DNA from: Patescibacteria group bacterium
Lineage (GTDB): Bacteria > Patescibacteriota > Patescibacteriia > Magasanikbacterales > GWA2-37-8
Assembly (NCBI GenBank): GCA_041649475.1
Contig: JBAZNA010000001.1
Span: 686,594 to 750,593 of the forward strand
Reading direction: 5' to 3'
Length of the DNA: 64,000 bases
A model generated the notes under the pieces. The model saw only the letters and a list, made by a program, of their open reading frames with translations. It searched no databases and was not told the DNA's origin. Shown piece by piece: positions 1 to 10,029 of the stretch; positions within the stretch are counted from its first letter, which is position 1, and every line of letters begins with the position of its first letter. Position numbers and translations under genes: made by a program.

Positions 1-185
1 TTTGGAGTTATCATGTTCATTGTTCATAATGAACCGCAATGGATACCCGTCTTGGTGATAGAATATTGCTGGGCCCTGGACAACATGCGTCATAATCGGC
101 CGTAAACCCGACTTCAGATTTGACAGCCATATTTTATTTGGCTACCGTAACTGTATAGACAGTTAATTTTTTAATTTTAAATTAT

Positions 186-584
186 ATGGGAAATCGCATT
201 ATACATTTTGAAGTTCAGGCCGACGATATCGATAGGGCTAAAAATTTTTATGAAAAAACTTTTGGCTGGAAAATTGAAAAGATGATGGACGAAAAAGACG
301 GCGGCGAAATGAATTATTGGGGGCTCTCTACCGGGCCGGAAGGCACGCCGGGAATTAACGGCGGATTATACAAACGGTCAGATGGTGAAAATAAAATTTA
401 TACCTATGACTGCACCATCATGGTGGAAAACTTGGACAAAGCGATAGCAGACGTCAAAAATAACGGCGGAAAAATCACGCATGAAAAATCTGAAATTCCG
501 GAAGTGGGATGGTTCGCGCGCGGCATTGATACCGAAGGCAATACCTTTGGCTTAATGCAACCGACGGGATGGAAACCGAAATAA
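186..584 (+). CDS. Glyoxalase/bleomycin-resistance (VOC) family protein
   Basis: 132 aa with an N-terminal beta-alpha-beta-beta-beta module (HFEVQADDIDRAKNFYEKTFGW) typical of the VOC fold. An AT-rich promoter-like region lies upstream. Confidence 0.55.
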   Translation: MGNRIIHFEVQADDIDRAKNFYEKTFGWKIEKMMDEKDGGEMNYWGLSTGPEGTPGINGGLYKRSDGENKIYTYDCTIMVENLDKAIADVKNNGGKITHEKSEIPEVGWFARGIDTEGNTFGLMQPTGWKPK

Positions 585-1364
585 CAGCACGCAGACAAAA
601 ACCATAAGCATTATCAAAACGATTGCTCCGCCCGAAGATATATTGAGATAGAAGGAAGCAAGGATACCGAGGAGCACTGAACCGAGCGAAATTATTTCCG
701 CCCAGAATAAAGTTTTTCTAAAACTTTTTTTAAGCTGGAGGGCGGTGACAACCGGAATAACCAAGAGGGCCGAAATCAGCAAAATGCCGATAATGGGAAT
801 GGCCACCGCAATCACGGAAGCGGCCAGGATTATAAAGACAATATTTAAAAATCCGACCGGAATGCCGCTGGTTTTTGCTACTTCCTCGTCAAAAGAAATA
901 CTGATCAATTCCTTAAAAAAAGAAATCAAAATAACAAAGATAATGAAGCTTAAAATCAAGATAACGGAAATATCAAACGGCTTAACCGTAACAATACTGC
1001 CAAAAAGATAGCTGAACAAGTCCACGCTAAAACCGTGGGCCAAGCCGATTAACACAATCGCCAGCGCCAGACCGCCCGATAAAAATATAGACAGCGCGCT
1101 CTCACCATAAAGTTTTTTACTGACCCGCAGGCGTTCAATGACCACCGCCGATACGGTTGACACGCCCAGCATTGTCAGCAGTGGATTTATTTTTAACAAC
1201 AGCGCGATAGCTACTCCGGCCAAAGAAACATGCGAAAGCGTGTCGGCAATTAGAGAATACCGGCGCAAAACCAAAAATATCCCGATAAGCGGCGCGACCG
1301 CGCCGATGAGGAGCCCCGCTTCCAGTCCCCTGATAATAAAACCGTAATGAAATATATCCAGCAT
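552..1364 (-). CDS. znuB: Metal (Zn/Mn) ABC transporter permease, ABC-3 family (ZnuB-like)
   Basis: 270 aa polytopic membrane protein. Stop/start is adjacent to the upstream ATPase, and it sits in an operon with a TroA/ZnuA-like binding protein. Confidence 0.7.
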   Translation of the reverse strand: MLDIFHYGFIIRGLEAGLLIGAVAPLIGIFLVLRRYSLIADTLSHVSLAGVAIALLLKINPLLTMLGVSTVSAVVIERLRVSKKLYGESALSIFLSGGLALAIVLIGLAHGFSVDLFSYLFGSIVTVKPFDISVILILSFIIFVILISFFKELISISFDEEVAKTSGIPVGFLNIVFIILAASVIAVAIPIIGILLISALLVIPVVTALQLKKSFRKTLFWAEIISLGSVLLGILASFYLNISSGGAIVLIMLMVFVCVLLFRFPSRRLH

Positions 1365-1366
1365 AT

Positions 1367-2125
1367 TTAGTGATCGTGTAAAATCAGACGCACGTTTTCT
1401 CCGTATAATTTTTGCAGATAATCGCCTTTAATAAACTGCTTCGGTTCGCCGTGATAGATCAAAGATTGATTGACGCAAGCCAATTTAGTGGCTTCGTGAG
1501 TAACCACGTCTAAATCATGCGACACAAAAATCAGGGTTAACCCCAGCTGTTTGTTTAAATTTTTCAGTAACGCGTAAAATTCTTCCTGATTTTTTACATC
1601 AACGCCGACCGTGGGTTCGTCAAGAAATAATATCTCCGGCTCACCGGAGAGCGCCCGGGCGATAAAAACGCGCTGCTCTTGTCCGGCCGACAAATCACCG
1701 ATTAATCTGTCCTTATATTCCAGCATTTCCACCTGGCGCAAGGCCTTGGCAATAATGGCATCATCTTTTTTATCCAGTCCGCGCAAAAGGCCTTTTTTCC
1801 CGTATCTGCCCATGGCCGTGATTTCCCAAACCGTGGCCGGAAAAAGCGGATCAAAGTTTATGGCTTTTTGCGGCACATACCCCAGCTTGGACCAGTCCCT
1901 AAATTTATTTATAGGTTTGTCAAAAAGCTTAACCTCGCCGGCGCTGGGCTTTAAGAGCCCGAGCATCACTTTAAGCAGAGTGGTTTTACCGCTGCCGTTA
2001 GGGCCGATCATGCCCAGATAATCGCCATGGCAGATATTTAAAGTGATATTTTTTAACACCAAGGTCTGGCCATAGGAGAATGACACATTGTGCAATTCAA
2101 TTATATTTTTACAATTTACTGACAT
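1367..2125 (-). CDS. znuC: Metal ABC transporter ATP-binding protein (ZnuC-like)
   Basis: Walker A GPNGSGKTT, ABC signature LSAGQEQR, Walker B ILFLDEPT. It overlaps the upstream substrate-binding gene by a few nt, suggesting translational coupling. Confidence 0.8.
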   Translation of the reverse strand: MSVNCKNIIELHNVSFSYGQTLVLKNITLNICHGDYLGMIGPNGSGKTTLLKVMLGLLKPSAGEVKLFDKPINKFRDWSKLGYVPQKAINFDPLFPATVWEITAMGRYGKKGLLRGLDKKDDAIIAKALRQVEMLEYKDRLIGDLSAGQEQRVFIARALSGEPEILFLDEPTVGVDVKNQEEFYALLKNLNKQLGLTLIFVSHDLDVVTHEATKLACVNQSLIYHGEPKQFIKGDYLQKLYGENVRLILHDH

Positions 2126-2988
2126 TGCAAAGCAATTCTTAAATTATTTAAATTATCCGTCATCACCGTAAAATAATTTTTTCCTTGACTGATTTCCGCG
2201 TTGGTCAAACCCTCAAGCGGATTTAACACCAGCGTTTGCGCGCCGGTTTCGCGCGCGATCGTATCTGACAATTTCGGACTCGTCAAACTTTCAAAAAAAA
2301 TATATTTAATATTATTGGTCTTTACGAAATCGGCAACTTCGGTCAATTTTTGCGGCGACGGCTCTTCATCGGGTGAAATACCGGAAATGGCAACCTGGTT
2401 TAAGCCGTACTCCTTCGCCAAATAGCCAAAGGCCGCGTGCGCGGTGACAAAATCTTTTTTTTGGCAACTACTTAACCCAGTGCGGTACTCGGCATCAAGC
2501 GCATCCAATTTATTTTCTAAATTTTGCGCGTTGGTTTTGTAATAGTCCGCGTTTGTCGGGAAAGCGACAGTCAAACCGTTTAAGATAGCCGCAACTTCAT
2601 TTTTGGCCAATACCGGATCCAGCCACACATGCGGATCCCCTACGCCGTTATTTCCAGCCACAACCACGGTTGTCTGGGATCCCTTTAACGAAGCCGTCAT
2701 GCTATCACCCCAAGGTTCCAGTTTTCCGCCATTAATGATCAAAAGTTTACTGTCTTCTATTCTGGCTACATCTTGCGTGGTTGGTTCATAATCGTGCGGT
2801 TCGGCTCCGGCCGGAGTTATATTGTACACGCTCGCTTTGTCACCCGCAATCTGGGTGGTAAAAAAATACAAAGGATAAAAAGAAGTGACCACACCTGTTT
2901 CCGTGCTGTTTTTAACAGGATGAAATTTATAAAAATAAAAAACTAAGGCCCCAAAAACCGCTAAAATTATTAAGTACCGAAACTTCAT
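2116..2988 (-). CDS. znuA: Metal ABC transporter substrate-binding protein (TroA/ZnuA family)
   Basis: N-terminal signal/TM, a DPHVWLDP motif and overall ZnuA-like layout. First gene of the minus-strand znu operon. Confidence 0.7.
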   Translation of the reverse strand: MKFRYLIILAVFGALVFYFYKFHPVKNSTETGVVTSFYPLYFFTTQIAGDKASVYNITPAGAEPHDYEPTTQDVARIEDSKLLIINGGKLEPWGDSMTASLKGSQTTVVVAGNNGVGDPHVWLDPVLAKNEVAAILNGLTVAFPTNADYYKTNAQNLENKLDALDAEYRTGLSSCQKKDFVTAHAAFGYLAKEYGLNQVAISGISPDEEPSPQKLTEVADFVKTNNIKYIFFESLTSPKLSDTIARETGAQTLVLNPLEGLTNAEISQGKNYFTVMTDNLNNLRIALQCQ

Positions 2989-3081
2989 ATATAAATAGGA
3001 TACAGAAATTTTACTGCAGAGTCAAGCCAAATCCTCAAGCGGTCTGTTCAATCAGGCACTTTTTAGATATAATGAAAATAT

Positions 3082-4407
3082 ATGCTGTTAAAGTATAAAA
3101 CATATTTAGCCGCGGTGGTTTTAATTTCCGCTGTAATTTTAGTACCAATGGCGCGGGCCGATGAGATAACCGCCAAAACCCAGGAGCGGGATCAACTGCA
3201 GGCCCAGCTTGATCAAATTGAAGAGCAAATCGCGATTTATGAAAAAGAACTGGCCCAAACAACCACCCAAAAAAATACTCTGGCCAATAAAATAAAAAAA
3301 TTAAAATCACAGCAGGCCGCTTTAAAATTACAAATACAAGAAACCACGCTCAAACTGGCTGAACTGGAAAAAAACTTAACAATCACCAATCAGTCCATCA
3401 GCGCCAAGGCGGCCAAACTAGAATCCTTAAAAATTGAAATCGCCGGCCTTCTGCGCCAGTTGCATTCTGATAATCAAAACGTTTTGACCATGATTATGAC
3501 TGCCCGCAGTTTGGGAGACGCCTACGTGCAAGTTAAAAACTATTTTATGCTCACCCAGGCCTTGAGCCAACTTATGGGACAAACAAAAGACGTTAAGGCA
3601 CAACTGGAAACGCAACGCACCCAGTATGAAGAGCAGCAAACCGACAATGAAAAACTTCTGTCAATAAAATCAATTCAGCAAAATCAATTGGTCACAACCC
3701 TGCAGGAGCAAAATTCACTGTTGCAGGAAACCAAAGGACAGGAAAGTTCTTACCAGGCAATTTTAGCCGATCAAAAAAAACAGGCCGCGGCCATTCGCAA
3801 CCGCATTTACGAACTGTTCAGCATGACCACCCAGATAACCTTCGGCCAGGCGCTTGAGATTGCCAATTGGGCATCAGGACTGACCGGCGTACGTCCGGCG
3901 TTTTTACTCGCGATTTTAACCCAAGAATCAAACTTGGGCAAAAATGTCGGCACCTGCAACCGCCTGGGCGACCCGCCGGAAAAAAGCTGGAAAGTGGTAA
4001 TGAAACCGGAAAGGGATCAGGAACCGTTTAAAAAAATAACAACGGAACTGAATCTTGATATAGATTCCACGCCTGTTTCCTGCCCGATGCATGATGCTAA
4101 AGGCAACCAGGTCGGCTGGGGCGGCGGCATGGGGCCGGCGCAATTCATCCCCTCAACCTGGATGGGCTACAAAGATAAAGTTGCGGCCATGACCGGCAAA
4201 TCACCGGCCAACCCCTGGGATATCAGAGATGCTTTTATTGCCTCGGCCATCAAGCTAAAAGCCGCCGGGGCTGACTCAAAATCCGGAGAGTGGAAAGCGG
4301 CCATGATTTATTTTTCCGGCGGTACCAATTCCCGCTACAGTTTTTACGGCGATAATGTGGTTGCCACCGCCAATAAATACCAAAGCGACATAGACCAACT
4401 TCAATAA
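3082..4407 (+). CDS. Secreted coiled-coil protein with C-terminal lytic-transglycosylase-like (SLT) domain
   Basis: Signal/TM at the N-terminus, a ~250 aa heptad-rich Q/E/K/L region, then LAILTQESNLG...GPAQFIPSTW, which resembles the SLT catalytic E-S and GLMQ-like motifs. A TATAAT lies 11 nt upstream of the ATG. Confidence 0.45.
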   Translation: MLLKYKTYLAAVVLISAVILVPMARADEITAKTQERDQLQAQLDQIEEQIAIYEKELAQTTTQKNTLANKIKKLKSQQAALKLQIQETTLKLAELEKNLTITNQSISAKAAKLESLKIEIAGLLRQLHSDNQNVLTMIMTARSLGDAYVQVKNYFMLTQALSQLMGQTKDVKAQLETQRTQYEEQQTDNEKLLSIKSIQQNQLVTTLQEQNSLLQETKGQESSYQAILADQKKQAAAIRNRIYELFSMTTQITFGQALEIANWASGLTGVRPAFLLAILTQESNLGKNVGTCNRLGDPPEKSWKVVMKPERDQEPFKKITTELNLDIDSTPVSCPMHDAKGNQVGWGGGMGPAQFIPSTWMGYKDKVAAMTGKSPANPWDIRDAFIASAIKLKAAGADSKSGEWKAAMIYFSGGTNSRYSFYGDNVVATANKYQSDIDQLQ

Positions 4408-4408
4408 A

Positions 4409-4984
4409 ATGCCAGATCTACACTCGGATGAACAACTCGTAGCCGCTTTTTTGACCGGCGATGAAGCCGCTCTAAATATTTTAATACAAAGATATACCGC
4501 CCGGGTATATAATTTTGTGGCACAATATATCGGCCACGGGCAGGACGCCGAAGACACCACCCAGGAAACATTCATCAAGGTTTGGAAGGGCCTGCGCCGA
4601 TTTGATACGACAAAAAAATTCAAGCCCTGGCTGTTTCAAATTGCCAAAAATACAGCCATTGACTTTCTTCGCAAACGCAAGCTACCCATATTGACCACTG
4701 TTGTTGATGATGACGAAAACGCCATCAATCCGGTAGATGTGCTGTCGGATCAAACGCCCCTGCCGCTTGAACAGATGGCTGTAGTTGAACGCGCGGCCAT
4801 AATCCAAAAAGCCCTTAATTTACTGCCCAACATATATAGTACGGTGATAAATTTATATTACCTGGAAGAGCTGACGCTCGCGGAAATTGCGGAAGTTCTG
4901 TCAGAATCACTGGACACGATAAAAAGCCGCCACCGCCGCGCTCTCATCAAACTCCGAGAATTGATACCCAAGGGTGAACAATAA
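4409..4984 (+). CDS. RNA polymerase sigma factor, ECF (sigma-70 region 2/4) family
   Basis: 191 aa. Region 2 (YNFVAQYIGHGQDAEDTTQETFIKVWKG) and region 4 HTH (LTLAEIAEVLSESLDTIKSRHRRAL) are present. The start is 2 nt after the stop of the upstream gene. Confidence 0.8.
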   Translation: MPDLHSDEQLVAAFLTGDEAALNILIQRYTARVYNFVAQYIGHGQDAEDTTQETFIKVWKGLRRFDTTKKFKPWLFQIAKNTAIDFLRKRKLPILTTVVDDDENAINPVDVLSDQTPLPLEQMAVVERAAIIQKALNLLPNIYSTVINLYYLEELTLAEIAEVLSESLDTIKSRHRRALIKLRELIPKGEQ

Positions 4985-5022
4985 ATGCACCTAAAATTCA
5001 TTTATTTACGTATTATACGTGT

Positions 5023-5430
5023 ATGACAAACCCATTATTTGAACATATCCAGCTTGATTGCCCAAACGGCTTGGCTGAAAAGATTGTCCAAACAATTGAA
5101 CATAGAAAAATGGTCAACTACTACGCTAAAATTATCATTTTCGGCTTCTTTTCATTAGTGTCTGTTTTTGTGCTCGTAATTGCTTTAAGATCGGAAATTC
5201 CGTATATCATAAACTCCGAAGCCGGCAAACTTGTCTCTTTGCTGTTTTCCGACTCATCCATCATCTTAAAATACTGGCAGCAATACTTCCTGTCTCTCAT
5301 TCAATCCTTGCCGATTGTTTCAATAATTATTGTCGGCATCTCTTTGTGGCTGGTATGCATGTTTGTGTGGATGATGGCACGCGCTTCGCTTGTCCTGATA
5401 CATCATAATAAAATTAAAAATCACGCTTAA
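5023..5430 (+). CDS. Membrane protein, putative anti-sigma factor
   Basis: 135 aa with a short cytoplasmic N-terminus then TM helices, immediately downstream of the ECF sigma. The assignment is by position only. Confidence 0.3.
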   Translation: MTNPLFEHIQLDCPNGLAEKIVQTIEHRKMVNYYAKIIIFGFFSLVSVFVLVIALRSEIPYIINSEAGKLVSLLFSDSSIILKYWQQYFLSLIQSLPIVSIIIVGISLWLVCMFVWMMARASLVLIHHNKIKNHA

Positions 5431-5439
5431 ACAAAACAT

Positions 5440-5880
5440 ATGAAATCAAATCAAGGCATACAAATTATCAAAGGCATAGTGATCGGATTAGGAGCGCTGA
5501 TCATAGTGCTGGTCATTTTTTGGGCCGGTATAATGGTCGGCTCGCGCGAAGCCAGATTTAGTTATCAATGGGGTGCTAATTACCATCATTTATTCGGACC
5601 TCCGCCCGGACCGCTTCTGGGTGGGGGTGCAGATTTTATGAATCCGAACAGCGCCGCCGGCACTATTATAAAAGTCAGCACCAGCACGCTTTTAATTAAA
5701 GGCGATGATAATACTGAAAAAAGCGTGGTTATCTCCAACGGCACCCTGATACGAAGCTTACAAAATACATTAAGTCCTAGTGATCTTAAAGTTGACGACC
5801 AAGTTGTAATTTTAGGAGAACCGAGCAGTACCGGACAAATTGAAGCAAAATTTATTCGCGTCTTTCCGCAGTCATTATGA
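5440..5880 (+). CDS. Membrane-anchored small secreted protein (paralog of 9589..10029)
   Basis: 146 aa with an N-terminal TM, a Gly/Pro-rich linker and a C-terminal S/T-rich beta-like domain. The same architecture and conserved C-terminal motifs occur in ORF 9589..10029. Confidence 0.4.
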   Translation: MKSNQGIQIIKGIVIGLGALIIVLVIFWAGIMVGSREARFSYQWGANYHHLFGPPPGPLLGGGADFMNPNSAAGTIIKVSTSTLLIKGDDNTEKSVVISNGTLIRSLQNTLSPSDLKVDDQVVILGEPSSTGQIEAKFIRVFPQSL

Positions 5881-7622
5881 TCAAAAAATTTATAAAAAAA
5901 CATAAAATCTGGACCGGTATAATAATTATTGTAATAGCAGTAATCGCCTATTACGTATATAAATCATTTACCGGCGGTCAAACTACTACCCAATATATAG
6001 CAACCGCTGCCACGCAAGGCACCCTCATAACCTCGGTAAGCGGCAGCGGGCAGGTTTCGGCCTCAAACCAGGTTGATCTTTCCACCAAGGGTTCCGGCGC
6101 CGTGACCTCCATTAGCGTTAAAGAAGGCCAAACAGTTACGGCCGGCACGGTTTTACTGCGTATAGATGCCACTGATGCCACCAAAGCCGTACGTGACGCG
6201 CAAATCAATTTAGAAAGCGCCCAGCTGTCGCTTGCAAAAATGAAAGCAGCGACCGACCCGCTGGCTTTGTTACAAGCACAAAATTCCCTTTATCAATCTC
6301 AATCCTCCAAACAACAGGCCATAGATAATCTAAGCAAGGCCTATGATGACGGATTCAATTCGGTCTCAAATGCTTTTCTTGATTTACCTACAGTAATGAC
6401 CGGACTCACGAATGTGCTTTTAGGAAACGACAGTACTCTGGGCGGAGCCAACCAATGGAATATGGATTATTATGTAGACGCAGTGACAAATTATGAACCC
6501 CAAGTCAAACAATTCAGGGATGATGCTTACGCCAAATATTTAACCGCCAAACAAGCATACGATCAAAATTTTACGGATTATAAAGCCGCCGGCCGGTTTT
6601 CAAGCACCTCCACCATTGACGCCCTGATTTCAGAATCATACAACACTTCCAAATCCATTGCCGACGCCATAAAAAGCACTAACAATTTAATTCAATTTTA
6701 TGCAGATACAATGCGTGAACACAGTGCCACTCCCAAAGCGGCTGCGGACACGCAATTGACAAATCTGAATTCCTACACCACCAAAGTAAATTCTCATGTC
6801 AGCGATTTGCTTGGTGTTGAGCAAACAATCCAAAATAATGAAGAATCTATTATTAGTGCCAGCCAATCAATTGCCGAAAAAACACAATCGCTCGCCGATT
6901 TACAAGCAGGCACAGACCCGCTTGATCTTAAGGCACAGGAATTATCCGTCCAGCAAAGACAAAACTCTCTAAATGATGCCAGGCAACAATTGGCCGATTA
7001 TTCTATTAAAGCGCCCTTTACCGGAGTGGTTGCCAAAGTTTCCGTAAACGTTGGCGATTCAATTTCTGCGGGAACAGCCGCGATCACCTTGCTCACCTCG
7101 CAAAAAATCGCTGAAATTCCGCTAAACGAAGTGGACGTTTCCAAAGTGAAAGTCGGCCAGCAGGTCACGCTCACTTTTGATGCTCTGTCTGACTTAACCA
7201 TTGCCGGAACTGTCTTAAATATTGATACCATCGGCACTGTCTCCCAAGGTGTCGTCACCTATAATGTTAAACTAGGTTTTGATACTCAAGATTCAAGGGT
7301 TAAATCGGGTATGAGTGTAACGGCCAACATCATAACCGACTCCAAACAAAACGTAATTCTGGTTCCTAACGCGGCCGTAAAAACCAGCAATGGATCATCT
7401 TATGTCCAATTACTAATAAATGACGCGCCACAAACACAGACAGTTACAGTTGGACTATCCAATAACACCATGACAGAAATTGTCAGTGGTGTTAATGTGG
7501 GCGACCAGGTAATCACCCAAACAATCACTTCAAACAGTGCCACAAAAACTAATACTACCAAAAGCAGTAATAGCGGCGGATTGGGCATTCCCGGTATAGG
7601 CGGAGGTGGCTTCGGCCGCTAA
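5877..7622 (+). CDS. HlyD-family periplasmic adaptor (membrane fusion protein) of tripartite ABC exporter
   Basis: N-terminal TM, long coiled-coil hairpin region, barrel-sandwich motif YSIKAPFTGVVAKVSVNVGDSISAG, and a Gly-rich tail. It overlaps the previous gene by 4 nt. Confidence 0.7.
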   Translation: MIKKFIKKHKIWTGIIIIVIAVIAYYVYKSFTGGQTTTQYIATAATQGTLITSVSGSGQVSASNQVDLSTKGSGAVTSISVKEGQTVTAGTVLLRIDATDATKAVRDAQINLESAQLSLAKMKAATDPLALLQAQNSLYQSQSSKQQAIDNLSKAYDDGFNSVSNAFLDLPTVMTGLTNVLLGNDSTLGGANQWNMDYYVDAVTNYEPQVKQFRDDAYAKYLTAKQAYDQNFTDYKAAGRFSSTSTIDALISESYNTSKSIADAIKSTNNLIQFYADTMREHSATPKAAADTQLTNLNSYTTKVNSHVSDLLGVEQTIQNNEESIISASQSIAEKTQSLADLQAGTDPLDLKAQELSVQQRQNSLNDARQQLADYSIKAPFTGVVAKVSVNVGDSISAGTAAITLLTSQKIAEIPLNEVDVSKVKVGQQVTLTFDALSDLTIAGTVLNIDTIGTVSQGVVTYNVKLGFDTQDSRVKSGMSVTANIITDSKQNVILVPNAAVKTSNGSSYVQLLINDAPQTQTVTVGLSNNTMTEIVSGVNVGDQVITQTITSNSATKTNTTKSSNSGGLGIPGIGGGGFGR

Positions 7623-7631
7623 AAAAATCTT

Positions 7632-8342
7632 ATGATTGAATGCAAAGATATTGTTAAAATTTATAAAACCGGTGAAGAAGAAACAATTGTCCTTAAAAAT
7701 GTTTCCTTTAAAATAAAGGACGGCGAATTTGTGGCCATTATGGGACCATCCGGATCTGGAAAATCAACCCTGATGCATATTTTGGGCGCGCTTGACTCCC
7801 CTTCGAGCGGCACCTATTTGCTTGACGATCAAGATGTGTCACACTTAGCAGACGACGAACTGGCAGAAATCAGAAACAAAAAGATCGGCTTTGTCTTTCA
7901 GAGTTATAATCTTCTACCCCGAGCCACAGTTTTGCGCAACGTAACCATGTCTTTAATGTATGCCGGCGTACCGCGCGATCAGCGAGAAAAAAAAGCCAAA
8001 CACGCGCTCCTGGCAGCCGGACTGGCCGAAGACAGGTGGAATCATTTATCAAACCAGCTTTCCGGTGGACAGATGCAAAGAGTGGCCATTGCCCGGGCCT
8101 TAGTTAATAATCCGTCCATAATTTTGGCGGATGAACCAACCGGAAATTTGGATACAAAAACCGGAGACGTAGTAATGGCAACTTTTCAGGAATTAAACAA
8201 AAAACATGATTCCACCATCGTACTAATTACTCATGAACATGATGTGGCTTTGCATGCCAAACGCATTATTCATTTAAGAGACGGGGAAATTATCAAGGAT
8301 GAAATAATTGAGAAACCCCGCATAGCTCACGCGACAGTATGA
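7632..8342 (+). CDS. ABC transporter ATP-binding protein, MacB/LolD type
   Basis: Walker [10 protein letters not shown], signature [15 protein letters not shown], Walker [12 protein letters not shown]. Confidence 0.85.
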   Translation: MIECKDIVKIYKTGEEETIVLKNVSFKIKDGEFVAIMGPSGSGKSTLMHILGALDSPSSGTYLLDDQDVSHLADDELAEIRNKKIGFVFQSYNLLPRATVLRNVTMSLMYAGVPRDQREKKAKHALLAAGLAEDRWNHLSNQLSGGQMQRVAIARALVNNPSIILADEPTGNLDTKTGDVVMATFQELNKKHDSTIVLITHEHDVALHAKRIIHLRDGEIIKDEIIEKPRIAHATV

Positions 8343-9562
8343 ATACTTCTGATTTACTTGAAGAAACATTTTTGGCGATTACGGCCAATAAAATTAGATC
8401 CGGATTGACTGTTCTTGGTATTGTCATCGGCATTAGCTCGGTTATTGCCATGATTTCCATTGGCCAAGGATCACAGGCCTCAATTGAATCCAGCATTCAA
8501 TCAATCGGGTCAAATTTAATTTTGGTTACGCCCGGATTTTCCAGAGGAGTCGGCACCACCGTACGCTCGGCCAGAGGGTCTGCCAGTACGCTCACACAGG
8601 CGGATGCCGATGCCATTGCCAACGAAATAACCACGGCTAAGGCGGTGGCGCCTGAGGTCTCAAGCCGCTATCAAATCACGGCCAAAGGAACAAACACCAA
8701 TACTTCGGTTGATGGGGTCACCTCTATTTATCCGCAAGTGCGCAATGTCCAGATTGACCTTGGCTCTTTTATTTCTGACCAAAACGTACAGAGTATGTCT
8801 AAGGTGGCGGTGTTAGGTCCAACCACCAGAGATGATTTGTTCGGTGAGGGAACTGACCCAACCGGCCAAACTATACGCATAAACAATTCCGAATACACTG
8901 TCATCGGCGTCACCAAATCAAAAGGCGGCTCCGGGTTTGGCAGCTCGGATGATATTATTTACATCCCGATCACCACGGCACAAAGGTACCTAAGCGGTGA
9001 CACCTCTGTCTCCACTATTAATGTTCAGGCCAACGATGAAAAATCAATGGCCGCCATACAACAACAAATTACTGATTTATTACTACAAAGACACAACATT
9101 ACTGATTCTTCGCTGGCCGATTTTCAGGTCATGAATCAGACAGATATCGCGGCAACCGCCTCCTCGGTCACCAATACCTTTACCACCTTGCTCGCGGCTA
9201 TTGCCGGTATCTCCCTGATTGTCGGTGGCATCGGCATTATGAATATGATGCTTACCACCGTCACTGAACGCACGCGAGAAATCGGACTGCGCAAAGCGAT
9301 TGGCGCCAAAAAAAATAATATCAGTTTGCAATTTTTAACCGAGTCGGTGATGCTTACTTTTTTTGGCGGGGTTGTGGGTGTATTCCTTGGCTGGATATTG
9401 GCAGTGATCATTTCCAAATTTGCCGGTATTGCCACCTCTATATCTTGGTACGCCGTGGCCCTGGCCTTTGGGGTTTCGGCTTTGATTGGCATTATATTCG
9501 GTTATTACCCGGCGCGCCGAGCCGCGGGGTTAAATCCAATTGAGGCCCTACGATACGAATAA
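8339..9562 (+). CDS. ABC transporter permease, MacB/FtsX family
   Basis: 407 aa with an N-terminal TM, a large periplasmic domain and a C-terminal FtsX-like 3-TM bundle (GGIGIMNMMLTTVTERTREIGLRKAIGA). 4-nt overlap with the ATPase. Confidence 0.8.
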   Translation: MNTSDLLEETFLAITANKIRSGLTVLGIVIGISSVIAMISIGQGSQASIESSIQSIGSNLILVTPGFSRGVGTTVRSARGSASTLTQADADAIANEITTAKAVAPEVSSRYQITAKGTNTNTSVDGVTSIYPQVRNVQIDLGSFISDQNVQSMSKVAVLGPTTRDDLFGEGTDPTGQTIRINNSEYTVIGVTKSKGGSGFGSSDDIIYIPITTAQRYLSGDTSVSTINVQANDEKSMAAIQQQITDLLLQRHNITDSSLADFQVMNQTDIAATASSVTNTFTTLLAAIAGISLIVGGIGIMNMMLTTVTERTREIGLRKAIGAKKNNISLQFLTESVMLTFFGGVVGVFLGWILAVIISKFAGIATSISWYAVALAFGVSALIGIIFGYYPARRAAGLNPIEALRYE

Positions 9563-9588
9563 ATCAAATTAATAATTAATACAAAAGT

Positions 9589-10029
9589 ATGAAAAAAACG
9601 TATTACATAATCATGGTAGTAATCATCATATTGGTCGGCGGCGGCGCGCTCTATGGCGGCTATACATATGGTACAAGCACAGCCAAAGCCGGTCCTCGCA
9701 ATCCAATGGCTGGAAATTTTGGCAACTTCGCCGGTGCCGCAGGGAGAAATGGCATCGGTGGCGCAGGCAGCGCCAATGTCAGTGCGGTGCGCGGAAGCAT
9801 TCTTTCCACCAATGCCGGCACGATCTCTTTACAGCTTGATAACAATGCCGGTTCCAAAATTATTCTCTATTCAACCTCAACGCCAATTACAAAAACAGCC
9901 GAAGGCACAACCAACGACTTAGTGTCCGGCCAAAATATAATGGTGAGAGGCACACAAAATTCCGACGGCAGCGTGACGGCCGAGTCAATTCAATTGGTCC
10001 CCGCTTCCAGCACTGTGCGCGGATTTTGA
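9589..10029 (+). CDS. Membrane-anchored Gly-rich small secreted protein (paralog of 5440..5880)
   Basis: 146 aa with an N-terminal TM and a Gly-rich region. The C-terminal region aligns by eye with ORF 5440..5880. Confidence 0.4.
   Translation: MKKTYYIIMVVIIILVGGGALYGGYTYGTSTAKAGPRNPMAGNFGNFAGAAGRNGIGGAGSANVSAVRGSILSTNAGTISLQLDNNAGSKIILYSTSTPITKTAEGTTNDLVSGQNIMVRGTQNSDGSVTAESIQLVPASSTVRGF

Noticed and set aside
745-2021. Plus-strand ORFs 745..1011, 1138..1347, 1611..2021 inside the znuB/znuC genes
   Set aside because: Antisense to well-supported ABC transporter genes; no independent signals.
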